Positions 42,952-56,742 of a DNA stretch of 64,000 nt are shown here, one piece after another. A program made the position numbers and the translations under genes. The DNA comes from the human T2T-CHM13v2.0 reference genome, Homo sapiens. The notes beneath the pieces are model-generated. The model was not told the origin of the DNA. It searched no databases and saw nothing but the letters and a program-made list of their open reading frames with translations. The DNA lies in the NCBI RefSeq assembly GCF_009914755.1, contig NC_060928.1, one strand, 5' to 3'. How positions within the stretch are numbered: the stretch's first letter is position 1; the number at the start of each line of letters is the position of its first letter.

Positions 42952-44533
42952 AATTTTTTCTTATTTTAAAAATTTGTTAGTGCCATGTTTAGAAAGGCTG
43001 TGACAAAATGGCTACGCAAAGTCCTGTTATATTGCACTCAGATAGAAAGGAAAAAAGCAGAGGGTCTTATATTTGGGCTCATTTATGAGGTTTTACTGTC
43101 TGTACTTTTTCTATGTCATTATAATTTATTTCATGAATATTACTGAATACGTGTTTGCAATAGTGAGGTGGGATTATGCAAAATATGTCCAAACTCTCTT
43201 AAGTACACCACTGATATACACATATATTTATACATTCACATCCTATATAATATTTAATCGTCATAGAAAGCATATTGTACACTAACCTATTCCTTTTTGT
43301 TATGTCTTAAAATTTTTAACAAAGCTGCTAAGTACCCTGGATGATTGCCAGACAATTCCTTGGTTGACTATTTGATAGCTCTGAGTTAAATGCTAAGCTG
43401 TGAATGCAGTAAGTGGTAAATTGACTTGATATTACCAGATGGAGTTTTGCAATTGAGGTTGTTTAGTTCCCATCTTCTCTATGAAATAATAGAATTGAAT
43501 TGATTCCTACGGAGTTTATCTAGAGAGCTTCAAGTGTCATTCCTTCCACTGTAAGACTGAATAAGCAGCTGTTATGGGCTACCTGTATGAGCAAGCCTGT
43601 AGGACAAACTTTAATGAGTTAACATCCTTATGCATTGTTCAAGCCAATATGGATCTTTTCTTCACATTCAGATCAATCTTTTTTCTACACTTTAGCACAT
43701 GATAGCCTTTGTAATTAGTGCATATAGCATATAATATTTTAGCACACAGTTAATGAGTCCCTTCCATTAGTTGAATCCTACCAAGATTTTATGAATTTTG
43801 GCTGCCAAAGTTAGAACATCAGGTTGAATTTGGTTTAGATTTACTGAAACTCCACTGAAGCACATCGAAAGAAATTTAACATAGACTAGATTTAATTTCA
43901 AGAAGGATGTAAATGCATCCTCAGATAGAAAAACTTTATTATTAGGACTCTTACCTCCCTCCTTGCCATGCCAAATGGAGCTTAATGAAGAACAGGATGA
44001 CAACCCACAGGTCTCAGGAAACTTTGTTTTTACATAATAGATTCCTAATCAGACAGAGATAATACCTTAATGGATAAAATTAAATAAAATGAGTAGTAGT
44101 ACACCTGCCTGTACATTTATTCTTCACTAACATTTGCTTCATGTTTATTTTTCAAAACATCAGTGACTACATCACATATTTTATTTGTATTACATGACCC
44201 TTCTCCTCACAATTATTTTGGAAAGGCATATGCATATTGCATTTTGTTAGCTCACTTCTAAGAACACAGTTCTCCTGAGGCCAATGTTACTGTTTCAATT
44301 TAGTATTGGCATTATTTTATATGTCCAAACTTGGCCCAGGTGAGCAAGCAAATTTTTTGTATATAAGCCAATGCATGTTCAAAATGCAAATTATGTATTT
44401 GAACATAAAGGTATTTATATATATAATATAGTATATAATATATAATATACACACATATATAATATTTATGTTTATTAGTATATGAAAGATAGTTATTACA
44501 GGTTACAATCATATTTCCTATGTAAGTTTATCT

Positions 44534-44821
44534 TTTTTTTTTTTTTTTGAGACAAGGTCTCACTCAGTCACCTAGGCTGGGGTGCAGTGGCACAATCACA
44601 GCCCAACGTAGCCTCGACTTCCTGGGCTCAGGTGATCCTCCCACCTCAGCTTCCTTAGTAGCTAGGACTATAGGTGCCTGCCACTATGCCTGGCCAATTT
44701 TTGTAGAGATGGGGTTTCAGCTTGTTTCCAAGGCGAGTCTCAAACTCCTGGGCTTAAGCAATCCACCCACCTCAGCCTCCCAAAATTTTGGCATTACAGA
44801 CATGAGCCACTGTGCCCAGCC
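44534..44821 (-). mobile_element. AluJ
   Basis: tagcctcgacttcctgggctcaggtgatcctcccacc; TSD tatgta(a/g)gtttatcttt. Confidence 0.9.
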
Positions 44822-44974
44822 TATGTAGGTTTATCTTTCCAGATACCTAGAGAACACTTAATATATAAGCAGTATATGTTTTTTGAAAGACTAGTTGTCT
44901 GAAGTGTGGATGCATTTACTCGTCTTTATAATATTTGAATTGCCTCAATCAATTTTTTTATGTCCTCAATTCCT

Positions 44975-46505
44975 TTTTTAATTTTAATTTTTATTTTATT
45001 TTTCCATAAGTTATTGCGGTACAGGTGGTATTTGGTTACCTGAGTAAGTTTTTAGTGGTGATTTGTGAGATTTTGGTGCACCCATCCCCTAAGCAGTATA
45101 CACTGCACCACATTCATAGTATTTTATCCCTTGACCCCTCCCAGTCTTTCCCCCAAGTCCCCAAATTCCACTGTATCATTCTTATGCCTTTGCGTCCTCA
45201 TAGCTTAGCTCCCACATATCAATGAGAATATATGACGTTTGGTTTTCCATTCTTGAGTTACTTCACTTAGAATAATAGTCTCCAGTCAAATCCAGGTCAC
45301 TGCAAATTATATTAATACATTCCCTTTTATGGCTGAGTAGTATTCCATCACATATATATATATACCGGTTTCTTTATCCACTCCTTGATTGATGGGCATT
45401 TGGGTTGGTTCCATGATTTTGCAATTGTGAATTGTGCTGCTATAAACATGCATGTGCAAGTATCTTTTTTGAATAATGACTTCTTTTCCTCTGGGTAGAT
45501 ACCCAGTAGTGGGATTGCTGGATCAAATGGTAGTTCTACTTTTAGTTTTTGAAGAATCTTCACACGGTTTTCCATAGAAGCTGTACTACTTTACATTTCT
45601 GCCAGCAGTGTATAAGTGTTCCCTGATCACTGCATCCATGCCAACAACCGCTGTTTTTTTTATTTTTTTTTTATTATGGCCATTCTTGAAGGAGTAAGGT
45701 GGTATCACATTGCGGTTTTGATTTGCGTTTCCCTGATCATTAGTGATGTTGAGCATTTTTTCATATGTATGTTAGCCATTTGTATATTTTCTTTTGAGAC
45801 TTGTTTATTAATGTCCTTAGCCCACTCTTTCATGGGATTGTTTGTTTTTTTTTTTTTTCTTACTGATTTGTTTGAGTTTGTTGTAGATTCTGGATTAGTC
45901 CTTTGTCAGATGTATAGAGGTGAAGATTTTCTCCCACTCTGTGGGTTGTCTGTTGACTGTTCCTTTTGCTGTGCAAAAGCTCTTTAGTTTCATTGCATCC
46001 AAGATATTTATCTTTGTTTTTATTGCATTTGCTTTTGGGTTCTTAGTCAAGAAATCCTTGTGTAAGCCAATGTCTAGAAGGGTTTTTTTCCAATGTTATC
46101 TTCCAGAATTTTTACAATATCAGGTCTTAGGTTTAAGTTCTTCTTGAGCTGATTTTTGTATACGGTGAGAGATGAAGATCCAGTTTCATTCTCCTGCATG
46201 TGGCTAGCCAATTATCCCAGCACCATTTGTTGAAAAAGGTGTCTTTTCCCCACTTTATGATTTTGTTTTCTTTGTTGAAGATCAGTTGGCTGTAAGTATG
46301 TGGGTTTATTTCTGGGTTCTCTATTCTATTCCATTGGTCTATGTGCCTATTTTTATACCAGTACCATGCTGATTTGGTGACTATGGCCTTATAGTATAGT
46401 TTGAAATCAGGTAGTGTGATGCCTCTAGATTTATTCTGTTTGCTTAGCCTTGCTTTGTCTATGTGGGCTCTTTTGTGGTTCAATATGAATTTTAGAATTA
46501 TTTCT
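44975..46505 (-). mobile_element. 5'-truncated L1PB1
   Basis: ttccataagttattg..gagattttggtgcaccc 3'UTR; ORF2 remnant [35 protein letters not shown]. Confidence 0.85.
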
Positions 46506-46507
46506 AA

Positions 46508-49500
46508 CAATTTTGTTGCAATTGTTTTTGGCATCTTTGTCATGAAATCTTTGCCGGTGCCCATGTCATGAACAGTATTGCCTAGGTTGTCTTCCAGGGT
46601 TTTTATAGTTTTGGGTTCTACATTTACATTTAAGTCTTTAATCCATCTTGTGTTGATTTCTGTATGTGGTGTAAGGAAAAGGTCCAGTTTCAGCCTTCTG
46701 TATATGTCTAGCCAATTATGTCAGCACAATTATTGAACAGGGAATCCTTCCCCCACTCCTTGTTTTTCTCAGGTTTATCAAAGATCAGATAGTTGTAGGT
46801 ATATGGCCTTATTCTGGTCCATTATTATATGTGTCTGTTCTTGTACTGGTACCATGTTGTTTTGGTTACTGTAGCTTTGTACTATAGTTACAAAGTACTT
46901 TGTACTATAGTACTGTAGCTTTGTACTATAGCTGGGGTAACGTGATGCCTCCAGCTTTGTTCTTTCTGCTTAGGATTGCCTCGGCTTTTCAGGCTCTTTT
47001 TTGGTTCCATGTGAATTTTGAAATAGTTTTTTCTAGTTCTGTGAAGAATGCCAATGATCATTTAATAGGTATAGCATTGAATCTATAAATTGCTTTGGGC
47101 ACTATGGCTATTTTAATGATATTGATTCTTTCTATATATGAGCATGGAATATTTTTTCATTTGTTTGTGTCATCTCTGAATTATTTGAGTGGTATTTTGT
47201 AGTTCTCCTTGTAAAGATCTTTCACCTACCGTGTTAGCTGTATTTCTAGGAATTCTGTTTTTTTGTTTGTGGCAGTTGTGAATGGGAGTTTGTTTCTGAT
47301 TTGGCTCTCAGCTTGACTTTTGGTAGTATATAGTATTGCTAGTGATTTTTGAACATTTATTCTGTATCCTGAGACTTTGCTGAAGTTGTTTATCAGCTTA
47401 AGAAGCTTTTGGGCTGAAACAATGGGGTTTTCTATATATAGGATCATAACATCTGCAAACAGAGATAGTTTGACTTCCTTTCTTCTTATTTGGATTTCCT
47501 TTATTTCTTTCTCTTGCTTCCAATACTATTAGAAGTGGTAAGAGAAGGCATTGTTGTCTTGGGCCTGTTTTCAAGAGGAATGCTTCCAGCTTTTGGCCAT
47601 TTTGTATGATGTGGGTTTGTCATCAATGGCTCTTATTATTTTGGGGTATGTTCCTTCAATTTTAGTTCATTGAGAGTTGTGAACACGAATGAGTATTGAA
47701 ATTTATCAAAAGCCTTTTCTGCATCTATTAAGATAATCACGTGGTTTTGTCTTTAGTTCTGTTCATGTGATGAATCACCTTTATTGATTTGTGTAGGTTG
47801 AACCAACCTTGCATTCCAGGGATAAAGCCTACTTGATTATGGTGAATAAGCTTTTTGATGTGCTACTGGATTCAGTTTGCCAGTGTTTTGCTGAGGATCT
47901 TTGCATTCATGTTCATCAAGGATATTGGCTGAAATTTCCTTTTTGTGTGTGTATCTCTGCCAAGTTTTGGTATCAGAATGATGCTGTCATCATAGAACAA
48001 TCTGGGAGGGAGTCAGAATAATCTGGGAGGGAGTCCTTTATCCTCAATTTTTTGAAATAGTTTCAGTAGTTACCAGCTCTTCTTTGTACATCTGGTAGAA
48101 TTCAGCTGTGAATTTGTCTGGTACTGGGCTTTTCTTATGGAAGGCTGTTTATTACTGCCTCAATTACAGAGCTTGCTATTGGTCTGTTCAGGGATTCAAT
48201 TTCTCCCAGGTTCAGTATTGGGAGACTGTATGTGTTCAGGAATGTACCCCTTTTTTCTAGATTTTCTAGTTTATGTGCATAGAGCTGCTTCTAATATTCT
48301 CCAATGATTGTTTATATTTCTGTGGGGTTAGTGGTAATATCCCCCTTGTCATTTCTGATTGTGATTATTTGAATCTTCTCTCTTTTCTTTTTTATTGATC
48401 TAGCTACCTTTTTTTTTTTTTTCAAAAAATCAGCTACTGGATTCTTTGATTTTTTGAATTATTTTTCATGTCTTAATCTCCTTCAGTTCAGCTCCAATTT
48501 TGGTTATTTATTGTCTTCTGCTAGCTTTGGGATTTGATTGCCTTTGGTTCTCTAGTTCTTTTAGTTGCAATGTTAGGTTGTTCACTTGAGATCTTTCTAA
48601 CTTTTTCAAGTGGGCATTTAGTGCTATGAATTCCCCTTTTAACTCTGCCTTAGCTGTGTCCCAGAGATTCTAGCATATTGTTTCTTTTATCTCATTAGTT
48701 TCAAAGAACTTTTTTCTCATTAGTTTCAAAGAGCTTCCTGATTTCTGCCTTTATTCCATTATTTACCAAAAAGTTATTGAAGAGAATGTTATTCAATTTT
48801 CATGTTAAGTGTATGATTTTGAGTGAATTTCTTCATCTTGATTTCTAATTTGATTGCACTGTGGTCTGGCATTTTCTGAGGAGTGTTCTACTTTCAATTA
48901 TTGTATTGATTTTAGAGTATGTGCCATGATTTGATGAGAGGAATATATATTCCATTGTTTCCTGGTAGAGAGTTCTATATATTATCTATCAGGTTTATTT
49001 GATCCAGTGCTAAGTTCAGGTCCTGAATATCTTTGTTAACTTTCTGTCTTAATGATCTGTTTAATATTGTCAGTGGTTGTATAAAAGTCTCCCACTATTA
49101 TTGTGTGAGATTCTAAGTCTCCTTGAAGGTCTCTAAAAACTTGCTTTGTGAATCTGAGTGCTCCTGTGTTGGATGCACATAAATTTAGGACAGTTAGATC
49201 TTCATATTGAATTGAACCCTTTACCATTATTTAATGCCCTCCTTTGTCTTTTATGGTCTTTGTTGGTTTAAAGTCTGATTTGTCAGAACTAGGATTGCAA
49301 CCCCTGCTTTATTCTATTTTCCATTTGTTAGATTTTTCTCAATCCCTTTATTTTGAGTCTATGTGTGTTACTGCCTGTGAAATGGGTCTCTTGAAGACAG
49401 GATGCCAATGGGTCTTGGTCCTTTATTCAGCTTGCCATTCTGTGTCTTTTAATTGAGGCATTTAGCCCATTTTAATGTTAGTATTTATATGTGCAGATTT

Positions 49501-49872
49501 GATCCTGTCATCATGATGTTAGCTGGTTATTTTGCAGACTTGTTTATGTGGTTACTTTATAGTGTCACTGGTCTGTGTACTGCAGTGTGTTTTTGTAGTG
49601 GGGGGGTAATGGTCTTTCCCTTCCATATTTAGTGCTTCCTTCAGTAGTTCTTTTAAGGCACATCTGGTGGTAACAAATTTCCTCAGCATTTGCTTTTCTG
49701 AAAACGACCTTATTTCTCCTTTGCTTATGAAGCTTAATTTGGCTGGATATAAAATTATGGGTTGGAAATTATTTTCTTGAAGAATGTTGAATATTGGCAC
49801 CCAATTTTTCTGGCTTGTAGGTGTCAGCTGAGAGGTTTACCGTCAGTCTGTGGGGCTTCCCTTTGTAGGTGT
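46508..49872 (-). mobile_element. L1PA (L1P3/4-like) segment from the ORF1 C-terminus through most of ORF2, lacking both ends
   Basis: ORF1p remnant ILYPAKLSFISKGEIRSF..ALKELLKEALNME; EN remnant MVKGSIQ..VGDF; RT remnant [19 protein letters not shown]. Confidence 0.85.
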
Positions 49873-50339
49873 AGGTTATATATTTCTTTATAGAATTCCA
49901 AATATTGGTGGCATTTTTTTCTTCAGTTTAATATATAAAATAGAGAATTTTAATGAAATCTTGAGAAATAGTGAATATTCATGAAAAGATTTAACATTGT
50001 TTTATCTGTGCCATATGTATAATTTGTTTTACCTTTATTTCCAGTAGCACACACCTACCCACACAAACCCTACTAAAAACTGTCTATTAGAGTAGTGTCT
50101 ATCCTACTAGTTTATAAACCAAAGTCTTTTTTCCCAATGTTTTTTATCCCCCCAAAGGTTATTAATGATAATGCTCCTTTCTAAGAGAATAAAAAACTAT
50201 AAAGTTGGCTTTTATTTAATTGTAATTTAAGATTTGATCTGTTCATTGAGTTCTTGGGAAATATATGCCTTATAGGGGAAAAAATGGTAAAGTAGTAATT
50301 TATATTTTTACATCTAGACTCAATTATGTACCGAAATAA

Positions 50340-50770
50340 TAACACTGGACCAATCATCTAACTTTCCAAAACTCAACATTCTCATTTGTAGTATAATTTA
50401 AAATGACACCTACCTCAAAACATTTTATCAAATTTATATGGCATAGTATCTAAAACATTCCCTTATATATGATATACTGATATTGATCCAATATCAGTTG
50501 AGTATTTATTTTAATCACTGAAAAGGTAATTGTACCAAGGTAGACATTTGAAAAATTAGAGAAAAGTTGTAACAAAATGTTTGCTAAGGTTGCAATGACT
50601 GGCTATGTAACCATGGACATTTTAGACCTCAGTATACTTATCTGTAAATAGAGATATAATAAAAATTAATAGAGCTATAGTTAGGATTAAATGAGATAAT
50701 ATGTCCAAAACTCCTATCACAGGTATTGACACACTGTAAGCATTCAATACAGTTAAACTATTATTATTTT
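50340..50770 (+). mobile_element. Two MIR fragments (~50340-50510 and ~50595-50770)
   Basis: cctcagtatacttatctgtaaat..ggattaaatgagataat..gtaagcattcaata. Confidence 0.65.
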
Positions 50771-51784
50771 GTTTTATAAACTGTGGCTGTTAAGACTGTG
50801 CTCTCTGTCAGCCAACAGATAAAAGCAATATTGAAAATTCAAGAATGTTGTTGTGGTGACCATAAACCTGCTAGTTACTATATTTATATATGTTATTATG
50901 TTCCTTAACACCATTTTTCTGCTCAGTATAAGACATCAGCATATAGAGGCAGCTCTAATGTCATTGTAATCTGAGTAATTTAATAGTATTTGAAAAAGCA
51001 TATAAATCTCACAAACATATAATAATTGCTCCTTAATATTAAAAAATGGTCTACACTGTGTCGTTGTTCTGAGAAGAGTTTGGTTATATTATCTTCAGTC
51101 ATTCTGCAACCACTTTAATTAGGCTAACATCATTGTCCAACAGCTTGCTAAGAGGGCCTATGATTCTACAATAACTTGGTACTTAGGGACTTAAAAGAAA
51201 TCTAAGTATGTCTTAATTTAGCATATCAAGGTGACATGCTTGCCAAGTGCTTTGAAACAATTATTAATTTAAGTATTTTAAGTATTCTCTCTGAAATATA
51301 ATTTAAAATTTTGATTTGAAGAAAGTATTTGATAATGGAGAAATATTAATATGCCCCTTTACACTTGCCTCTGATATATCAATAATATAATTAAAATTAC
51401 TAAATTTAATTGCTAAAAGGGGATAAATATTTTAGTTTCTTTATCAACTGGAATTTTCCTAGGATATCCTAAAATTCTTAATATGGTGAAATAGTAATCA
51501 ATAAACAGTAATTTAATATTTTCAATTTGATTTATGGAATTGTATTTTTATTCAGAATATAGAGGTACTTGAAGAAATTAAGATATGTTTCCTTTTGGCA
51601 GTGAAATGAAAATGATGATAAAATTAGTTATCATTTAAGTTCTTTATTGCTTTTTAGAAATATATTTTTTCTGTTTTTGTAAAAGTTTAGACATAAGCTA
51701 TATACATATTTTGAAAAGCTGATTTTAAGAAATGCCAATTAGAAAATGATATTAAATGTCAGAAAGAGCCAAATTATCACATTA

Positions 51785-54210
51785 ATACAAATATTGATGC
51801 AAAAATCCTCAATAAAATACTGATAAACTGAATCCAGTAGCACATCAAAAAGCTTATCTACCACAATCAAGTTTCGTTCATCCCCAGGATGCGAGGTTGG
51901 TATAACATACACAAATCAATAAATGTGGTTCATCACATAAACAGAAGTAAAACCAAAAACCACATGATTATCTCAATAGACATAGAAAAGGCCTTCAATA
52001 AAATTCAACACCCCTACATGTGAAAAACTCTCAATAAACGAGGTATTGAAGGAACATACCTCAAAATAATAAGAGCAACTTATGACAAACCCAAAGCCGG
52101 TATCATACTGAATGGGAAAAAGCTGGAAGCATTCCCCTTGAAAACCAGCACAATACAAGAATGCCCTTTCTCACCACTCCTATTCAAAATACTGTTGGAA
52201 GTACTGACCAGGGCAATCAGGCAAGAGATAGATAGAAATAAAGGCATTCGAGTAGGAAGAGAGGAAGTGAAATTGTCTTTGTTTGCACATAACTTAATCC
52301 TATATAGAGCAAATTCCACTGTCTCAGCCCAAAAGCTTCTTAAGCTGATAAACCACTTCAGCAAAGGCTCAGGATACAAAACCAATGTGCAAAAATCATA
52401 CACATTCCTATACACCAACAACAGACAAGAAAAGAGCCAAATCATGAATGAACACCCATTCACAATTGCTAGAAAGAGAGTAAAATACGTAGGAATACAG
52501 CTGACAAGGGAAGTGAAGGACCTCTTCCAGGAGAACTACAAGCTACTGCTCAAGGAAATCAGAGAGGACACAAACAACGGAAAAACATTCTATGCTCATG
52601 GTCAGGAAGAATCAATATTATGAAAATGGCCATCCTGCTCAAAGTAATTTATAGATTTAATGCTATTTACATTAAACTACCTTTGACATTCTTCACAGAA
52701 CTAGAAAAAACTATAACATATGAAACCACAAAAGAGCCTCTGTAGCCAAGACTAAGCAAAAAGAACAAAGCTGGAGGCATCATGCTGCCAGACTTCAAAC
52801 TACACTACAAAGCTAAAGTAACCAAAATAGCAAGGTACTGGTAGAAAAAAAACAGACACATAGACCAATGTAACAGAATGGAGAATTTATAAATAAGACT
52901 GCACATCTATAACCATATGATCTTTGACAACTCTGACAAAAACAAGCAACAGAGAAAGGATTCCCTATTCAATAAATGATTCTGGCATAACTGGTTAGCT
53001 ATAAGCAGAAAATCGAAGTGGACCCTTTCCTTACACCTTATACAAAAATTAACTCAAGATGGATTAAAGAAAAATGTAAAACCCAAAATTATAAAAATCC
53101 TAGAATGAAATCTAGGCAATACCATTCAGGACATAGGCACAGGCAAAGATTTTATGACAAAAAATGCCAAAGCAATGGCAACAAAAGCAAAAAATGACTA
53201 ATGAGACCTAGTTAAACTTAACAGCTTCTGCACAGCAAAAGAAACTATCATCAGAGTAAACAAACAACCTACAGAATGGGATAAAATTTTTGCAATCCAT
53301 CCATCTGACAAAGGCCTAGGGTCTACAAGGTACTTAAACAAATTTATAAGAAAAAGAAAAAAAAACTGCATATAAAAGTGGGAAAATGATTTTAACAGAC
53401 ACTTCTCAAAAGAAAACATTTACGTGGCCAAGAAACTTATAAAAATTCAGCATCAGTGATCACTAGAGAAATGCAAATCAAAACCACAATGAGATATCAT
53501 CTCATGCCAGTTCAGAATGTGATTATTAAAAAGTCAAGAAAAAACACATGCTGACAAGGTTGCAGAAAAATAGGAATGCTTTTACACTGTTGGTGGGAAT
53601 GTAAATTAGGTCAACCATTGTGGAAGACAGTGTGGTGAATCCTTAAAAATCTAGAACTAGAAATACCATGTGACCCAGCAATCCCACTACTGAGTATGTA
53701 CCCAAAGGAATATAAATCATTCTATTATAAAGATACATGCATGTGTATGTTCATTGCAGCACTATTCATGATAGCAAAGGCATGGAACCAACCAAAATGC
53801 CCATCGCTGATAGACTGCATAAAGAAAATGTGGTATATTTACACCACGGAATACTATGCAGCCATACAAAGGAACAAGTTCATTTCTTTGCGAGGACATA
53901 GATGGAGCTGTCAGCCCTTATCCTTAGCAAACTAACACAGAAACAGAAAACCAAACACCACATGTTCTCACTTATAGGTGGGGGTTGAACACTGAGAACA
54001 CATGGACACAGGGAGGGAAACAACACACACTGGGGTCTGTTGGGGGATGTTAGAGGAGGGAGAGCATCAGGAAAACCAGTTAATGCATGCTGGGCTTAAT
54101 ACCTAGGTGATGGGTTGATAGATGCAGCAACCACCATGGCACAGGTTTACCTATGTAACAAACCTGCACATCTTGCACATGTACCCTGGAACTAAAAAAA
54201 ATAAATAAAA
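51785..54210 (+). mobile_element. 5'-truncated L1PA10-like
   Basis: RT remnant [24 protein letters not shown]; 3'UTR gggagagcatcagga..tgctgggcttaatacctaggtgatgggttg; poly(A). Confidence 0.85.
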
Positions 54211-54229
54211 CAGCAACAACAATGATTGA

Positions 54230-55620
54230 TAGCAACAATAAGCCAATAGTATTTACTGAAAAACATGTTTAATTAATAAAAGTCCAGTAAAATTTTTTGA
54301 AAGATGATTAATATTAAAAAAAAGTTCTAAATACCAATAACAATTAGATGGTATTAAGAAAAACAGGTTATATTTGGGGTGTATAACTAGAAATCAATTT
54401 GACAAGGCATGGTAAGCCATATACAGAGAAATTGTGACACTACTGAAAGTCAGTAAAGCAGATTAATAAATGTAGACATATACTATTGTTTGGAAAAACT
54501 TAAATGCCTTTAGGATATCAGTTCTTTTCAATTTAATTTACAATGAAATGCCACTTTATTTAGAATCCAAACTAGCTTTTTACAGATTTGACAAGCCAAC
54601 TTTAATATTCATGGGAAAATAAAAGACCAACTTGTAACAGTAGGGGCTTTGGAGAAGAGGAAAAAGTGAGCATCTATAAGACATTAAGATGACTATAAGG
54701 AGATAATATATGAAGCAGTAGGTTATTGATCTTGGAAACAAAACAGTAAGCCTATGGTTTGTCAAACATGTTGGGAAGATTAGTATATTACAAATGACTT
54801 TACAGATAAATAATGGCAAGATGGATTAACAAAAAAAATTTGAACTTTACCTCCATCCATGAACCAAAAAATTGGGGTATGTACATTAACTAAATATGAA
54901 AAACAAAATGATACATACTTAGAAGAAAATATGGGTAAAACAATTCATTATACAAAAACAGGATAAGGCCAGGCATGGTGGCTCACACCTGAAATCCCAG
55001 CAATTTGGGAGGCCTATTGCTTGAGTCCTGAAGTTCAATCCCAGCCTGGGTAACATAGTGAGATCCCATCTCTACAAAAAAATATAAAAAGTTAGCCAGG
55101 TGTGGTGGTGTGCACTTGCAGTCCCAACTACCTGGGACTAAAGCAGGAAGATTGTTTGAGTATGAGAGGTGGAGGCTGCAGTAAGCCATAATCATGCCAC
55201 TGCACTCTAGCCTTGGTGACAGACACCTTATTTAAAAAAAAAAAAAATTAGATGAGATTTTCTAAACATGTCATTATAAAAGAGGAGAAATAGTTATTCT
55301 AAATAAAGCATGTTAAAAAGTCTCTATACCATAAGACAAACATGAATCAATGAAAAAGACAATCCATAGATAGGGTAATTAGATATTTGTAAAAAAAATG
55401 CATCACTGACAAAAGATTAGAATCTAGAGTATATAATGAGCTTTTAGAAATCTATAAGAAAAAGAAGAATCCCCTACAAGAACAGCCAAAACACTTAGAA
55501 GGCACACACACAGCCAATTAACAAACTAATGATGCACAAACATAACTGGAATCAGGGGAATGAAATTTAAAACATTGAGATACCATTTCCTACATTCATT
55601 TTTGGCCAAAAAATATCTAT
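54230..55620 (+). mobile_element. L1ME-type ORF2 fragment
   Basis: Degenerate A-rich motifs gatttgacaagccaacttttaatattcatggg and gacaaaagattagaatctagagtatataa. Confidence 0.6.
54968..55247 (+). mobile_element. AluJ
   Basis: ttgcttgagtcc..cctgggtaacatagtgagatccc..gaggctgcagtaagcc; A tail. Confidence 0.85.
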
Positions 55621-55714
55621 CACCAGATATTTCTGTAAATTAACAAGCATAATGTTTTCTTAATTTGGTTGTTTAGTTCATCAATTTAATTTTTCTGCTT
55701 TTCTGTGGGTGGAG

Positions 55715-55970
55715 GAAACAGGATATCACTTTGTCAACCACACTGGAGTGCAGTAGTGGACTCATAGCTCACTGCAGCCTCAACCTCCTGGACTAAAGCA
55801 GTCCTCCCACCGTGGCCTCCTGAACAGCTGAGACAACAGGCATGCACCACCACGCCTGGCTAATTCTTTCTAATTTTTCTGTAGAGATGGGTTTCATTTT
55901 GTGGCCCAGGTTGTCTCAAACTCCTGGCTTCAAGTGATCTTCCTGCCTTGGCTTCCCAAAGTGCTGTGAG
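55715..55970 (-). mobile_element. AluJ (5'-truncated)
   Basis: catagctcactgcagcctcaacctcctgg..cccaaagtgctg. Confidence 0.8.
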
Positions 55971-56059
55971 GCCAAAGTGTTGAAACATGTTGGGACTTTT
56001 GCCTTTTCTAAAACTCTTGGATACATCACTATCCTCATAAAGCCACTATGCATTGCATG

Positions 56060-56698
56060 TATAATGCCTACCCCCATCTGAAACCTGCTCTACTTTTAGG
56101 CTCCCTTATTCCTTAAAAGTTATTGTTCACCCAAATATCAAGGCCTCAATCCAGTGTCATCACTGACTCTTCTCTTCCATATTGGCCAAATCTGTTGGAA
56201 CTACATTTAAAACAAATCCTATTTCAAACATTTCTCACCACCTCCAGTTCTGCCCACTTATTGCTCATGGCTACTACCTCTTTTCTAAATTGATACAAAG
56301 ATCTACTAATTGCTTTCATTCCTGCCCCACTCTTTGAAATGTCAAGTAGTTCTTTCCACTCACGTGTTGAAAACCCTTTAGTAGACTATGATGGATGACA
56401 GGTCTCTAAAAAGATTAGTCCTAGTTCATTCCTATCAATCTCATTGTCGATGCTCTGTCCCCACACACCATGCTACATCATCTCATCCTTGTTATTTCTT
56501 GACCAAGCCAAGCTCACTCCACAGCATGACTTTGTACTTGCTGCACAGCTATGTTCTCCTTCCTATCTGCATGCTTTTGCCACTCATATGGTTAGGTCTC
56601 TGCACAAATGTCAGTTCCTCAGAGTTTTTCTCTACCCCTGTCACTCTTAACTGTTAATCTGTTTTTGTTTCTTTTCCATAGTTCCTCATTACAACTGA

Positions 56699-56742
<44 letters not shown>

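Noticed and set aside
50476-50498. Hairpin actgatattg-atc-caatatcagt (similar 9-bp stem at ~8622-8643)
   Set aside because: Short, isolated inverted repeats in AT-rich decayed repeats; no ncRNA context
52138-52623. 161-aa reverse-transcriptase-like ORF
   Set aside because: Broken L1 ORF2 frame; the catalytic FADD motif has decayed to FAHN
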